Of a stretch of 64,000 nucleotides of DNA, positions 39,511-49,142 are shown one piece after another. The notes below the pieces were generated by a model that was not told the origin of the DNA, made no database searches, and saw only the letters and a list, made by a program, of their open reading frames with translations. Source of the DNA: Candidatus Micrarchaeia archaeon (lineage in GTDB: Archaea > Micrarchaeota > Micrarchaeia > CABMEP01); the NCBI GenBank assembly GCA_038881595.1, contig JAVZPM010000002.1, positions 59,254-123,253 on the forward strand, in the 5' to 3' direction. The position numbers were made by a program, and so were the translations under genes. Numbering within the stretch: position 1 is the first letter of the stretch; each line of letters starts with the position of its first letter.

Positions 39511-40605
39511 TTACCACATAACTTCTTCTATCATTTCATATGCCTTGTGTTCCTGTTTCTGTGGTTCAAGGTTTCCAAGCAATGATGTGGAGGTAACTCC
39601 GGTCATGATTGCAGTGACAACAACCTTGTCTCCAAGTTCTGGCATGAGTCTTGCTCCCCAGATGACATTTGCATTGTTGTCAAATGCTGCAGTTATTCCT
39701 TCACCAATCTTGGTTGCCTCACCCAATGTAAGATTTGGACCACCTGCTATGTGGATAAGCGCTCCCTTTGCACCTTCATAGCTCACATCAAGCAATGGGT
39801 GTTCTAATGTGCTCTTTATTGCATCCTCAACCTTGTTTGTTCCCTTTCCTTCTCCAACAGAGAGCATTGCAACTCCACCGTTGCCCATGATTGCTCTTAT
39901 GTCGGCAAAGTCAATGTTGATAAGGGATGGGGTCATTATAGTATCAGATATTCCCTTTATTGCTCTTGCAAGTATTTCATCTGCTACATTGAATGCCTCG
40001 TTCATAGGTAAGTTTGGCACGTACTGAACTAATCTGTTGTTGTCAATTACAACTACAGTGTCACATGTTTTTCTTAATTCTTCCAATCCCCATCTTGCCT
40101 TTTCTGTTCTTGCTCTCTCAAGAGAAAATGGGTATGTAACCATACCAACTACTATTGCACCCTCTCTCTTTGCAACCTCTGCAACAACTGGTGCAGCACC
40201 TGTACCTGTACCTCCTCCCATACCTGCTGTAATGAATACTAAATCTGCTCCACTTAATGCCTCTGCAAGCTTGTCTTTTGATGCCTCAGCTGCCTTTCTT
40301 GCAACCTCCGGATATCCTCCAGCACCAAGACCTCTTGTTATGGACTGACCAATTAAGAGTCTCTTGTGAGCCTCTGTTATCTTCAGGTGGTTGACATCAG
40401 TGTTAATTGCTATCGTGTCTGCGGTTTTTATTCCAGATCTCATTATTCTAGTGATGCTGTTGCATCCTCCTCCACCTACTCCTACTACAGTAATTCTGAT
40501 CTTGTCTGATCCAAGGTAATCCTTCTCCGGTGCCTTGGTCGCCTTAACTGTGGTTCCAGATGTAAACGAACTTAGGAAACTTTCCATTTCAACACCCTGC
40601 CTCAA
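39511..40605 (-). CDS. ftsZ: Cell division GTPase FtsZ (paralog A)
   Basis: Tubulin/FtsZ signature [24 protein letters not shown]. Confidence 0.95.
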   Translation of the reverse strand: MRQGVEMESFLSSFTSGTTVKATKAPEKDYLGSDKIRITVVGVGGGGCNSITRIMRSGIKTADTIAINTDVNHLKITEAHKRLLIGQSITRGLGAGGYPEVARKAAEASKDKLAEALSGADLVFITAGMGGGTGTGAAPVVAEVAKREGAIVVGMVTYPFSLERARTEKARWGLEELRKTCDTVVVIDNNRLVQYVPNLPMNEAFNVADEILARAIKGISDTIMTPSLINIDFADIRAIMGNGGVAMLSVGEGKGTNKVEDAIKSTLEHPLLDVSYEGAKGALIHIAGGPNLTLGEATKIGEGITAAFDNNANVIWGARLMPELGDKVVVTAIMTGVTSTSLLGNLEPQKQEHKAYEMIEEVMW

Positions 40606-40668
40606 ATTAAATATTATTTTCCACTAAAAAATTAAGTGGAATGGCTGCAAAGCAGCCACTTAACAAAT

Positions 40669-41730
40669 TTAACCAATTATTTCAATGTCACCATATATTG
40701 GTGATTCTACTTTTTGCTCTTCAAGTGGTACTCCAACAACACTTGCACCCTTTACTCCAGTTACGATTGCAACTATTTCTATCTTGCCATCATATCCTGG
40801 AATGAGTCTTGCACCCCACTTGACGCTTGCCGTTGAATCCATTCTTTCAGTTATTATTTCTCCTGCCTTGATTGCATCTCCTAATGTCAGGTCGTTTCCA
40901 CCAGAGATGTGGATCAAAGCACCTTTTGCTCCTTCGAAGTCAACATCAAGCAATCTGTTCTTTAGAACTCCTTCTGCAGCTGCCTGAACCTTGTTTGTTC
41001 CTCTTCCTTCACCTACCGCAATGAAACCAACATCACCTTGAGACATAATTGCTCTTACATCTGCAAAGTCAATGTTGATTAATGAAGGTTGTGTTATCGT
41101 CCAGACAAGTCCACCAATTGCTCTTGCAAGTATCTCATCTGCAACTCCAAAAGCCTCATTCATTGGGAGATTTGGAACCAATTGAACCAGTCTGTTGTTG
41201 TCAATTATAATAACACTGTCTGCATGTTTTCTAAGCATCTGAATTCCTTCGTCTGCTTTGCTTCTTCTTGCCTTTTCAAGTGCGAATGGGTAGGTAACCA
41301 TAGCAACTACTATTGCACCTTGTTCTTTTGCAATTTCTGCAACAACAGGAGCACTTCCTGTACCTGTACCTCCTCCCATACCTGCACAGATAAAAACTAA
41401 TTGTGCATCTTTTAGTGCTCTTTCGATTAAAGGCTTGTCAATTTCTGCAGCCTTTCTCCCTACATCAACATATCCTCCAGCACCAAGACCTCTTGTTATA
41501 GATTTACCTATAAGAATCTTTTGAATCCTTTCATCTAATGTCAATAAGTGCTGATTATCTGTATTAATTGCAATCAGATCAGCACCCTTAACACCATATC
41601 TAAGAAGTCTCTGAAGGGTGTTGTTTCCTCCACCACCGCAGCCCACGACTGCGATCTTAATTCTTTCAACTGGACCAAGATTTGACTCAGCCTCAGTGTG
41701 TCCTGTAACAGATTTGATTAAGCTTTCCAT
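40669..41730 (-). CDS. ftsZ: Cell division GTPase FtsZ (paralog B)
   Basis: [25 protein letters not shown]; second FtsZ directly upstream of the first. Confidence 0.95.
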   Translation of the reverse strand: MESLIKSVTGHTEAESNLGPVERIKIAVVGCGGGGNNTLQRLLRYGVKGADLIAINTDNQHLLTLDERIQKILIGKSITRGLGAGGYVDVGRKAAEIDKPLIERALKDAQLVFICAGMGGGTGTGSAPVVAEIAKEQGAIVVAMVTYPFALEKARRSKADEGIQMLRKHADSVIIIDNNRLVQLVPNLPMNEAFGVADEILARAIGGLVWTITQPSLINIDFADVRAIMSQGDVGFIAVGEGRGTNKVQAAAEGVLKNRLLDVDFEGAKGALIHISGGNDLTLGDAIKAGEIITERMDSTASVKWGARLIPGYDGKIEIVAIVTGVKGASVVGVPLEEQKVESPIYGDIEIIG

Positions 41731-41895
41731 TACAATCGCCTCAATATTGCTATTAATATATAATATTTAAATATGTTTCTTTTTTTCTTTTTTCTTCGTC
41801 GTAAATTTTTTGAAAAATTTTCAATTTTGAAGAAAGAAAATAACTATTTCATACATTTTCAGTTTTTTTGACGGCTCAAAAATAAAAAGATAATT

Positions 41896-41962
41896 TTAAA
41901 AATTTTGAATTATAATTCTTATCATTATATATAAAATTATTAAAAATTTTGAATTATAATTC
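41896..41962. promoter_or_regulatory. Two exact copies of a 23-bp direct repeat (TTAAAAATTTTGAATTATAATTC), 44 bp apart, in a divergent promoter region
   Basis: Copies at 41896-41918 and 41940-41962, between ftsZ (minus) and the DUF134 gene (plus). Confidence 0.4.
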
Positions 41963-42016
41963 ATTTAACTTGTATATTATGTGCTGTCAAAATATAGTTA
42001 GTATTCAAGTGATTAA

Positions 42017-42298
42017 ATGCCAAAAAAGAGAAAATATAGAAAGATAGGTTCAATTCCTAATGTAAGATTATTCAAGCCATTCGGAAATAAAGTAAATCAT
42101 TTAGATGAGATCATATTAACAATCGATGAATTCGAAGCACTAAGACTTAGTGAATTAAACAACCTTAAACAGAAACAAGCAGCAAATAGAATGTGGATTT
42201 CTCAATCTACTTTCAATCGTCTTCTTAAATCTGCTAGAAAAAAGATTGCTTTGGCAATTATAGCAGGAAAACAAATTAGAATTGAATCAAGCAAATAA
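42017..42298 (+). CDS. DUF134/UPF0251 family DNA-binding protein (sigma-70 region 4-like HTH)
   Basis: 93 aa; LTIDEFEALRLSELNNLKQKQAANRMWISQSTFNRLLKSARKK matches the DUF134 pattern. Confidence 0.6.
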   Translation: MPKKRKYRKIGSIPNVRLFKPFGNKVNHLDEIILTIDEFEALRLSELNNLKQKQAANRMWISQSTFNRLLKSARKKIALAIIAGKQIRIESSK

Positions 42299-42322
42299 AT
42301 AAAAAGTAAAAGAATTTAGAGA

Positions 42323-43468
42323 TTAGATTATTTCTTCAATATTACCATCTGCAGCTTTTTCGATTCTTTCCATTATCGCTCTTCCAATTCCAAATTCATA
42401 AACCCCTTCAATTAATATAACATCGAAATTATTTTTATCGGCATTTCTCAACTCTTTAAATAGACAACGTGCCATTTGAATATGATTTTCATATTCCGTA
42501 ACGCTTCCTAATTTAGAAAATTCTTTCTTCATTTTTTCAGGGATTGGTTCTGAGAATATTATCTTTACTTTTTTCTTTTTATTGGATAATTTTTCTGCAG
42601 CATATGCCATATTAATTATTGTTTTTATCCTTCCATCTTTTCTTCTTCCTATAAATACCTTTGCATCTGGAGAATAATTTTTATATTTCATACCTGGTGA
42701 AAGATGTTTTTCACAGTCTTTTTTACAGATTTCAATATTCTTTTTGAGTTCATTCTCTATTTGCTCTTTTGTTATATATCCTTCTCTTAAAATAGTATAG
42801 GGTTCAGATACCATATTAATTACAGTTGATTCAATACCTATCTTACATTGACCGCCATCTATAATTAATGGAACCTTTCCTTGAAGATCAGAAAATGCAT
42901 CCTTTGCATTGGTAGCACTTGGTTTTCCTGAAAGATTAGCAGAAGGAGCAGCTATAGGAAATCCTGATGTTTCGATTATGTCTAATGCAACAGAGTGATT
43001 TGGCATTCTTATTGCAATAGTATCTAATCCTGCAGTTGTTATCTCTGGTACTAAATTATTTTTCTTTAATATCAAAGTTAAAGGACCTGGCCAAAATTTA
43101 TTTATTAGTCTATTAGCATCTTCACTTATCTCCTCAACTAAGAATTTTAGCATTTCTACAGATGATATATGAACAATTAATGGATTGTCTTTAGGTCTAT
43201 TCTTAATTTTAAATATCTTAGAAACAGCACTAGAGTCAAATGCATTTGCACCTAATCCATATACAGTTTCAGTTGGAAATACTATAACTTCTCCAGAATT
43301 TAGTAACGAGGAAACTTCTTCGATTATTCTTTTATATTCAAGTGCATGTAGTTTTCTTACATCGATTATTTTAGTGTTGATAATTTGTTCTTCTTTTGGA
43401 TTGAGAATTTGCTTATCTTTATTTTTTCCTTTTATCTCTTTCTCTTTTTTATTTCTTTTCAAATCCAT
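42323..43468 (-). CDS. sua5: L-threonylcarbamoyladenylate synthase (Sua5/YrdC with C-terminal Sua5 domain)
   Basis: YrdC motifs VIVFPTETVYGLGANAF, PLIVHIS; about 380 aa including the Sua5 C-terminal domain. Confidence 0.9.
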   Translation of the reverse strand: MDLKRNKKEKEIKGKNKDKQILNPKEEQIINTKIIDVRKLHALEYKRIIEEVSSLLNSGEVIVFPTETVYGLGANAFDSSAVSKIFKIKNRPKDNPLIVHISSVEMLKFLVEEISEDANRLINKFWPGPLTLILKKNNLVPEITTAGLDTIAIRMPNHSVALDIIETSGFPIAAPSANLSGKPSATNAKDAFSDLQGKVPLIIDGGQCKIGIESTVINMVSEPYTILREGYITKEQIENELKKNIEICKKDCEKHLSPGMKYKNYSPDAKVFIGRRKDGRIKTIINMAYAAEKLSNKKKKVKIIFSEPIPEKMKKEFSKLGSVTEYENHIQMARCLFKELRNADKNNFDVILIEGVYEFGIGRAIMERIEKAADGNIEEII

Positions 43469-43570
43469 AATCTACACCATACAATATGGCAGAACTAATT
43501 TTAACTTAAAATTTAACGATTATGTTCTTTATATATTTAACGATTTGTTCAATATAATGTAAAATTAGAT

Positions 43571-44500
43571 CTAGACTTTTATTTTTCCAATTATTCTCAT
43601 CTTTCCTTCTGGCTTCAATAAAAGATATTCATTTCCAGGAATGATTGCAATATCTCTATCTGATTTAAGTTTTATTTTTCCTTCTGAAATGCTTACAACA
43701 TCAACTTGCCTGTATTGAAGATGTGCAGCAATAAATATTTTGCTGTTTTCTTTTAATTCTTCTGTATAGTACTTATTCTTTATGAAATCGCCCTCTATTT
43801 CTCTTATAGATTTTAATTCCTGTTTTGAAAATAAATGCCCTCGTTCTACATCTTCAACACTGACTCCTTTTAGAGCCAGGCCTACTCTTTCTCCTATTTC
43901 AGCGGATTTTACATCTTTATCATGGACTTGTATAGAACGGATAGTTACTTTTTTTCCTCCAGGATATATTCCAAATTCATCATGGACATTTACATTCCCT
44001 CTTGCAACACCAAGAACAACAGTCCCAACACTTTTAACATCGAAAGCAGAATCTATTATTATGTATTCTATTTCTGATTTTTTATTTTCAAATTTTGCAA
44101 TTCTTGGATATATTTCAGATGGAACCTTATCCACAATTATAAACGATTCAAGAACAGTTCCTCTTACTAGATTTACAAATTTGTCTTTTTCGACGTAGTC
44201 ATCAAATATTATCAATCCTTTTTTTATTCCTAAAAGGTCAAGTGCAATTATGTATTCTCCCAATTCTTTATCTAATTTTTTAACAACTAAAATTGCTGCA
44301 TCAGCCATTGCTAAACAATGTGTAAGAGATTGGAGTTTTTCTGGATAGCTTGTAGGAACTAAGAAAGTTGCAGTTAGTTCTCCACCTTGCATGTCACTTC
44401 CTTTGTAATTATATATTGTAAAATCAGTAACAGTTCCTTTTTTTCCTAGTTCTTTTGCAAATTCGTTGTCTCCTAAAATTACTACATTTATATTTTTCAT
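43571..44500 (-). CDS. EF-Tu/SelB/aIF2-gamma-fold protein with degenerate G domain (putative pseudo-GTPase)
   Basis: Domain II beta-barrel pattern (VGTVVLGVARGNVNV...GERVGLALKGVSVEDVERG); the N-terminal region lacks the GHVDHGK P-loop and DxxG. Confidence 0.5.
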   Translation of the reverse strand: MKNINVVILGDNEFAKELGKKGTVTDFTIYNYKGSDMQGGELTATFLVPTSYPEKLQSLTHCLAMADAAILVVKKLDKELGEYIIALDLLGIKKGLIIFDDYVEKDKFVNLVRGTVLESFIIVDKVPSEIYPRIAKFENKKSEIEYIIIDSAFDVKSVGTVVLGVARGNVNVHDEFGIYPGGKKVTIRSIQVHDKDVKSAEIGERVGLALKGVSVEDVERGHLFSKQELKSIREIEGDFIKNKYYTEELKENSKIFIAAHLQYRQVDVVSISEGKIKLKSDRDIAIIPGNEYLLLKPEGKMRIIGKIKV

Positions 44501-44603
44501 TTTTCACACCATAGATAAGATTTACAAAATAGATAATAATTAGTAAATTATAATTGAAATTAATATTTATAATGTTTAGCAAGCTAATTTTTCTGTTGAT
44601 TCT

Positions 44604-45338
44604 ATGGCTCAGTTTGTAAAATTACATAAATTTTCGAATATTTCAGTTTCACAACTTTGGTCGTTTACTGTAGCTGCAAGAAAGATGCCTAAAGGGTTTT
44701 ATCAACTTAATCCAATTTCGTTTGTAAAAGAAAATGATGGAGAGATGTTTATATTGGGAAAGGATTTAGAAAATTTTTCTAAATCTTTTTCTGGACCTAT
44801 GTCTTCAAATGAAGTTCAAAATGCATTGATTCAAAATTTCTTTTCAGAATGGCTTAAATCTTACGAATCAGCAAAAATTTCGCTTAATGATCTTAATGGG
44901 CTTTCATTTTCTTCCCTTTCAAATGATGTCCTTTATAAAGTTTATTCTATAATAAGTACACAAAGCAGTGATGTTGGAAGAATGCTTTTCTTTTCAAAAA
45001 TTCTTGAAGCAGCAAATAAAGATGCTTATTTAAAATTGAGAGATCTCCTTTCAAATAAATCAATATCTTACGAAGAAATTTTTTCTCTTTCTTTGAACCT
45101 ATTTAAAGATGATTTATTTGAAGAGATAGGAAAGCGAATATACAAGAATAAAAAAGAAACATTATTGTTGTCTCCAGAAGAGTTTTATTCTTCCTTATAT
45201 GGCGGAGTATTCGATGAACAGGAAATCGAAGAAAGAAAAACAAATTACATAATGGTTTATGATCTTGAAAAGGATGCGCCACATATCTATAGCGGAGAAA
45301 AAGCAAGGGCAATGGAAGCCTCTTTATTGAAAAGTTAA
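44604..45338 (+). CDS. Hypothetical protein
   Basis: ORF only, no recognised motif. Confidence 0.3.
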   Translation: MAQFVKLHKFSNISVSQLWSFTVAARKMPKGFYQLNPISFVKENDGEMFILGKDLENFSKSFSGPMSSNEVQNALIQNFFSEWLKSYESAKISLNDLNGLSFSSLSNDVLYKVYSIISTQSSDVGRMLFFSKILEAANKDAYLKLRDLLSNKSISYEEIFSLSLNLFKDDLFEEIGKRIYKNKKETLLLSPEEFYSSLYGGVFDEQEIEERKTNYIMVYDLEKDAPHIYSGEKARAMEASLLKS

Positions 45339-45362
45339 TTATGTATATTTCAGGGTGGTAAT

Positions 45363-45647
45363 ATGATGTCTAAAATCCCTATAAAATTGGATAAAGTGAA
45401 TAAGAAAGATATAGATAAAGAAATTTTAAGAGCAGGAATAATTGCAGAACTTGATGCAATAAATCTATATGAGCAAATGGCAGCATTGGCTCAAGACAAA
45501 AATATAAAAGCTATACTTCTTGACATTGCAAAAGAAGAGAAGACCCATGTCGGCGAGTTTCAAAGGCTTCTTTTGAATCGAGATAAGCAACAGGCAGAAG
45601 AATTAGAAAAAGGAAAGGAAGAAGTAATGAAAGAAGTAGGAGAATAG
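45363..45647 (+). CDS. Small ferritin/rubrerythrin-like helical-hairpin protein
   Basis: AELDAINLYEQMA and EEKTHVGEF (ExxH) suggest a half-ferritin diiron-type hairpin; tentative. Confidence 0.35.
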   Translation: MMSKIPIKLDKVNKKDIDKEILRAGIIAELDAINLYEQMAALAQDKNIKAILLDIAKEEKTHVGEFQRLLLNRDKQQAEELEKGKEEVMKEVGE

Positions 45648-45676
45648 CATTATTTTAAAGAAAACAGAAAACAAAG

Positions 45677-45787
45677 GGCCGCAGAGGGGAATCGAACCCC
45701 TGCTTGGAGGTTTCTGCATTTTTGATGAAACTTTCTTTTAGAAAGTTTCTCCACAGCCTCCCGTCCTACCATTAGACGACCGCGGCC
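45677..45787 (-). tRNA. tRNA-His (anticodon GUG) with an encoded G-1 and an approximately 38-nt intron in the anticodon loop
   Basis: Reverse complement: G-1 + GCCGCGG acceptor, anticodon stem GGAGG/CCTCC, loop CTGTGG|intron|A, T-arm AGGGG TTCGATT CCCCT, discriminator C. Confidence 0.75.
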
Positions 45788-45847
45788 ATATTTTATGATT
45801 TCAATGTCCTTTAAAACTAAATTATATTATTTTTAAAAGATATAAAC

Positions 45848-46942
45848 TTATCTGGTTATCTTTGCATTTTCAATTACCTGTTTTGTTTCTGCAGCTTCCT
45901 TATTTTTCTTGAAATATTCTCTGATCGGTTCAAGTATTTCTATTAAATTTTCTGCAATTGAATTTTTAAGATCCATCGGATGAAGTTTTCCTTGAGAATA
46001 AATATTTGTTAGTTCCTCAAAAGACTGAATCTCAATCTTCCCTCCAAATTTGGCAGGTCTTTCTATTATCATTTCATTTTTTTCTCTAAAGATGACGTGT
46101 TTTGCAAGATCCATCATTGGATTATTTTCGACTTCCTTTTCTGGACAGAATGCCTTTGAAATCTTTATTCTTATATCTTCTGGTTCATCATAAATGAATA
46201 TTGCTGTATTCGGTTTTGATTTTGACATCTTTACTGCACTTAGTGCTTCCTTTCTTTCAGTTGGATTTTTTGGCAAAGGCCAAATTGGAGGTTTTACAAG
46301 ACCTTGCAATAGATGGTGATGGACAGGAACAGGTTTCCAGAATCCTATCTTTTCTCCAACCTCCATTGCAACTACATTTGCCTTTCTCTGGTCCATTCCT
46401 AATTGAGGAATCTGAACACCAAAATGAAATATGTCTGCAACCTGCATTGGAGTGTAAAGAAGAGAAGCAAGTTTCAAACCTTCGCTTTCTTTTCTTCCAG
46501 CTATTTCCAATGTTCTTATTCCTCTTGCAAGTGTCATTTCTTTCGCAACCTTTACAACTATCTCCCAGTAATCAAGGTCATCATAAAGTTGGTCTGGCCA
46601 GATGAATTCTATTTTATCTTCAGGCACTCCTAATGAGACCCATGAATGCTTAAAGTGAAGAGCAGCCTTCTTAATTAATTCTCTGTCTCCACCAAGCTTG
46701 TCATTGATCCAGGCATGCCAAGTTGCAAGATATACCTTGAATTTTATTCCTGCCTGAATGAAATCCTTCATTTTGTAAGAACATATCAAACCAGTTCCTA
46801 GATGAACTTTTCCCGATGGTTCAAATCCATTATATGCTACTGGCCTGTCGTTTGTCTCTAGAAGTTCTCTTAATGCCTGGATAGTTATAATTTCATCTGT
46901 AGGTGATCTTGCAATCAGTTCAATTTTTGTTTCAATATCCAT
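45848..46942 (-). CDS. tyrS: Tyrosyl-tRNA synthetase (archaeal type)
   Basis: Class I motifs GFEPSGKVHLG (HIGH-type) and KMSKS. Confidence 0.85.
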   Translation of the reverse strand: MDIETKIELIARSPTDEIITIQALRELLETNDRPVAYNGFEPSGKVHLGTGLICSYKMKDFIQAGIKFKVYLATWHAWINDKLGGDRELIKKAALHFKHSWVSLGVPEDKIEFIWPDQLYDDLDYWEIVVKVAKEMTLARGIRTLEIAGRKESEGLKLASLLYTPMQVADIFHFGVQIPQLGMDQRKANVVAMEVGEKIGFWKPVPVHHHLLQGLVKPPIWPLPKNPTERKEALSAVKMSKSKPNTAIFIYDEPEDIRIKISKAFCPEKEVENNPMMDLAKHVIFREKNEMIIERPAKFGGKIEIQSFEELTNIYSQGKLHPMDLKNSIAENLIEILEPIREYFKKNKEAAETKQVIENAKITR

Positions 46943-47385
46943 AAGCTATTTTTCTAGCTAAGACTTATAAATATTTAACAGCTAAAGAAAGATATAAAAA
47001 TTAATTTATACAAATATATCTGAACATTCAAAATTTTTATTAGGTGATTATTTGGGTTCTAGACCAAGAAAATGGAAGAAAAAAGGAAAAATGAGATGGA
47101 AATGGATCAAGAAGAGAAGAAAGAAAATGAGAAGAATGCAAAAGAGAAGAGTAGGAGAACTGTAAGGTGTTTTTATGACAAGAAGCTTCATAAAAAACAT
47201 GTCTTCATGGTTCAAGTCAACTTTTTGGGATAGGGTTTTCTCTAAAAAAACCAGAATCATATTCCAAAAAGAAAAAAACACCTAAACAGTACTATAAAGG
47301 AAAAGAACGCCAACAAATCTCTTCCATGAAAAAGAAAAGATAATTTTTTAGATTTTTATTTTATATTTTTAAATCGGCGTGTCTT

Positions 47386-48192
47386 ATGGTAAAAAGATCA
47401 ATAAAAATAAAAGGTAAATCTGCAAAAAGCAATACTCATTCTAATTCTTCAAAAAAGGAATACAGCCTTTATAAGCTTATAACAAGCAGAAATATCGGTG
47501 CATTGTCTGAAAAGGAACAGGATATTCTTTTTAATGCAAAGATTGCAGTTGTCGGCTGCGGTGGTCTTGGAGGGATTGCTATAGATCTCCTTGCAAGGGC
47601 AGGAGTTGGAAACCTGACCATTGCAGATGGAGATGTATTTGAAATTTCAAATCTAAACAGACAGATCTTTAGTAGCTATTCAGTAATTGGCAAAAAGAAA
47701 GTGGATATAATAAAGAAAAGAGTATTAGATATTTCTCCTTCGACTAAGATTAAAACTTATGACAAATTTGTTGATTCAGAAGAAGCAGCGTTTAATCTAT
47801 TGAAAGGTCATGATGTAGTAGTTGATGGTTTAGATAATGTTCTTTCAAGAATCTATCTTTCAAGAGCAGCAAAGGACTTGCAGATACCTTATGTCTTTGG
47901 TGCAGCAGAAAAGACGAGAGGATATTCAACCATATTCCTTCCAAAAGGTCAGAGCTACGAATCAATATTCATGCTTCCTTCAAATGGTAAGAAAATAGAT
48001 GAAAAATTGAAAGAAAGGTTGCAAAAGGCAGGGGGCTGTTATTCCATACTTGGCATAACTGCAAATATCATAGGTTCAATAGAAGCAATGCAGACCATTA
48101 ATCTTCTCTTAAATAAGCCATATGTGTGCGCTCCAGATTTTATTCATTTTTCTTTATTTGATTCAGTTCCATTTAGAATTTCACCTCTCTAA
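47386..48192 (+). CDS. ThiF/MoeB/HesA-family E1-like protein
   Basis: Nucleotide-binding VGCGGLGG and downstream RQ motif typical of E1-like adenylyltransferases. Confidence 0.85.
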   Translation: MVKRSIKIKGKSAKSNTHSNSSKKEYSLYKLITSRNIGALSEKEQDILFNAKIAVVGCGGLGGIAIDLLARAGVGNLTIADGDVFEISNLNRQIFSSYSVIGKKKVDIIKKRVLDISPSTKIKTYDKFVDSEEAAFNLLKGHDVVVDGLDNVLSRIYLSRAAKDLQIPYVFGAAEKTRGYSTIFLPKGQSYESIFMLPSNGKKIDEKLKERLQKAGGCYSILGITANIIGSIEAMQTINLLLNKPYVCAPDFIHFSLFDSVPFRISPL

Positions 48193-48236
48193 TCAAAACA
48201 ACTTTAACTCAAATAGTTAATTAAATTAGTGATTTT

Positions 48237-49067
48237 ATGAAATTTGGCACAGCTGGAGTTCCAATCTCATGTGAAAAAAGAGATTCAATTTCTGGAATAG
48301 AATGTGTTTATAACTTAGGTTTAGATGCATTTGAGTTAGAATTCGTGCATGGATGTAGAATGAATGAAGGAAGTGCCAAGGAAGTAGGACAGATTGCTAA
48401 AAAATATAACATAGTTCTAAGCGCTCATGCTTCTTATTACTTGAATCTACTTTCTGAAGAAAAGCTGAAATATAAGAAAACAGTAGATGAAATAATTAAG
48501 ACAGCAAAGATACTTCATATCGCAGGAGGAGACAGGCTAGTGTTTCATCCTGGTTTTTTCTTAAAGATGGGTCATGATAAGGCATATGAGCGAATGAAAG
48601 GAGAATTTAAGTCTCTTGCAAAGCAGATAAAAGAAAATAATTTTCATGTTCATCTTGCTCCAGAGACAACTGGAAAACCAACTGCATTCGGTTCATTTGA
48701 AGATCTTTTTTCTCTTGCAGAAGAAATTGGATATGATTTAATAAGGCCAACGATTGATTGGGCACACATGCATGCAAGAGAAAATGGAAGGTTTAGAACA
48801 AAAGAAGATTATGTTAAGGTATTAGAGTTTGTAGAGAAAAAAGTAGGAAAAGAAGGATTAAAGACACTTCATTGTCACATGTCATCAATCAACTTCACTT
48901 CTAAAGGAGAGAGGAATCATCTTACAATGGATAATGACATTCCTCCAGTCAAACCTCTTTTTGAAGCATTACATGAATTCAAATGCGACGGTGTGATAAT
49001 ATCTGAATCACCAAACATTGAAAAAGATGCAATATATATGAAGAGATTATTCAATTCTATAAAGTAG
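48237..49067 (+). CDS. AP endonuclease family 2 / endonuclease IV-like TIM-barrel protein
   Basis: SAHASYYLNL resembles the Endo IV HAPYLINL motif, with several conserved His/Glu/Asp positions. Confidence 0.5.
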   Translation: MKFGTAGVPISCEKRDSISGIECVYNLGLDAFELEFVHGCRMNEGSAKEVGQIAKKYNIVLSAHASYYLNLLSEEKLKYKKTVDEIIKTAKILHIAGGDRLVFHPGFFLKMGHDKAYERMKGEFKSLAKQIKENNFHVHLAPETTGKPTAFGSFEDLFSLAEEIGYDLIRPTIDWAHMHARENGRFRTKEDYVKVLEFVEKKVGKEGLKTLHCHMSSINFTSKGERNHLTMDNDIPPVKPLFEALHEFKCDGVIISESPNIEKDAIYMKRLFNSIK

Positions 49068-49142
49068 ATACATTCTATAAATATTATTTGCGTCACAATT
49101 GATTGGACATCACTTTTTTAAATTATATCACTAAATCATTTT

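Noticed and set aside
47048-47281. 77-aa minus-strand ORF between tyrS and the ThiF-like gene
   Set aside because: Low-complexity Phe/Leu-rich translation with no motif; more likely intergenic or promoter DNA for the divergent neighbours.
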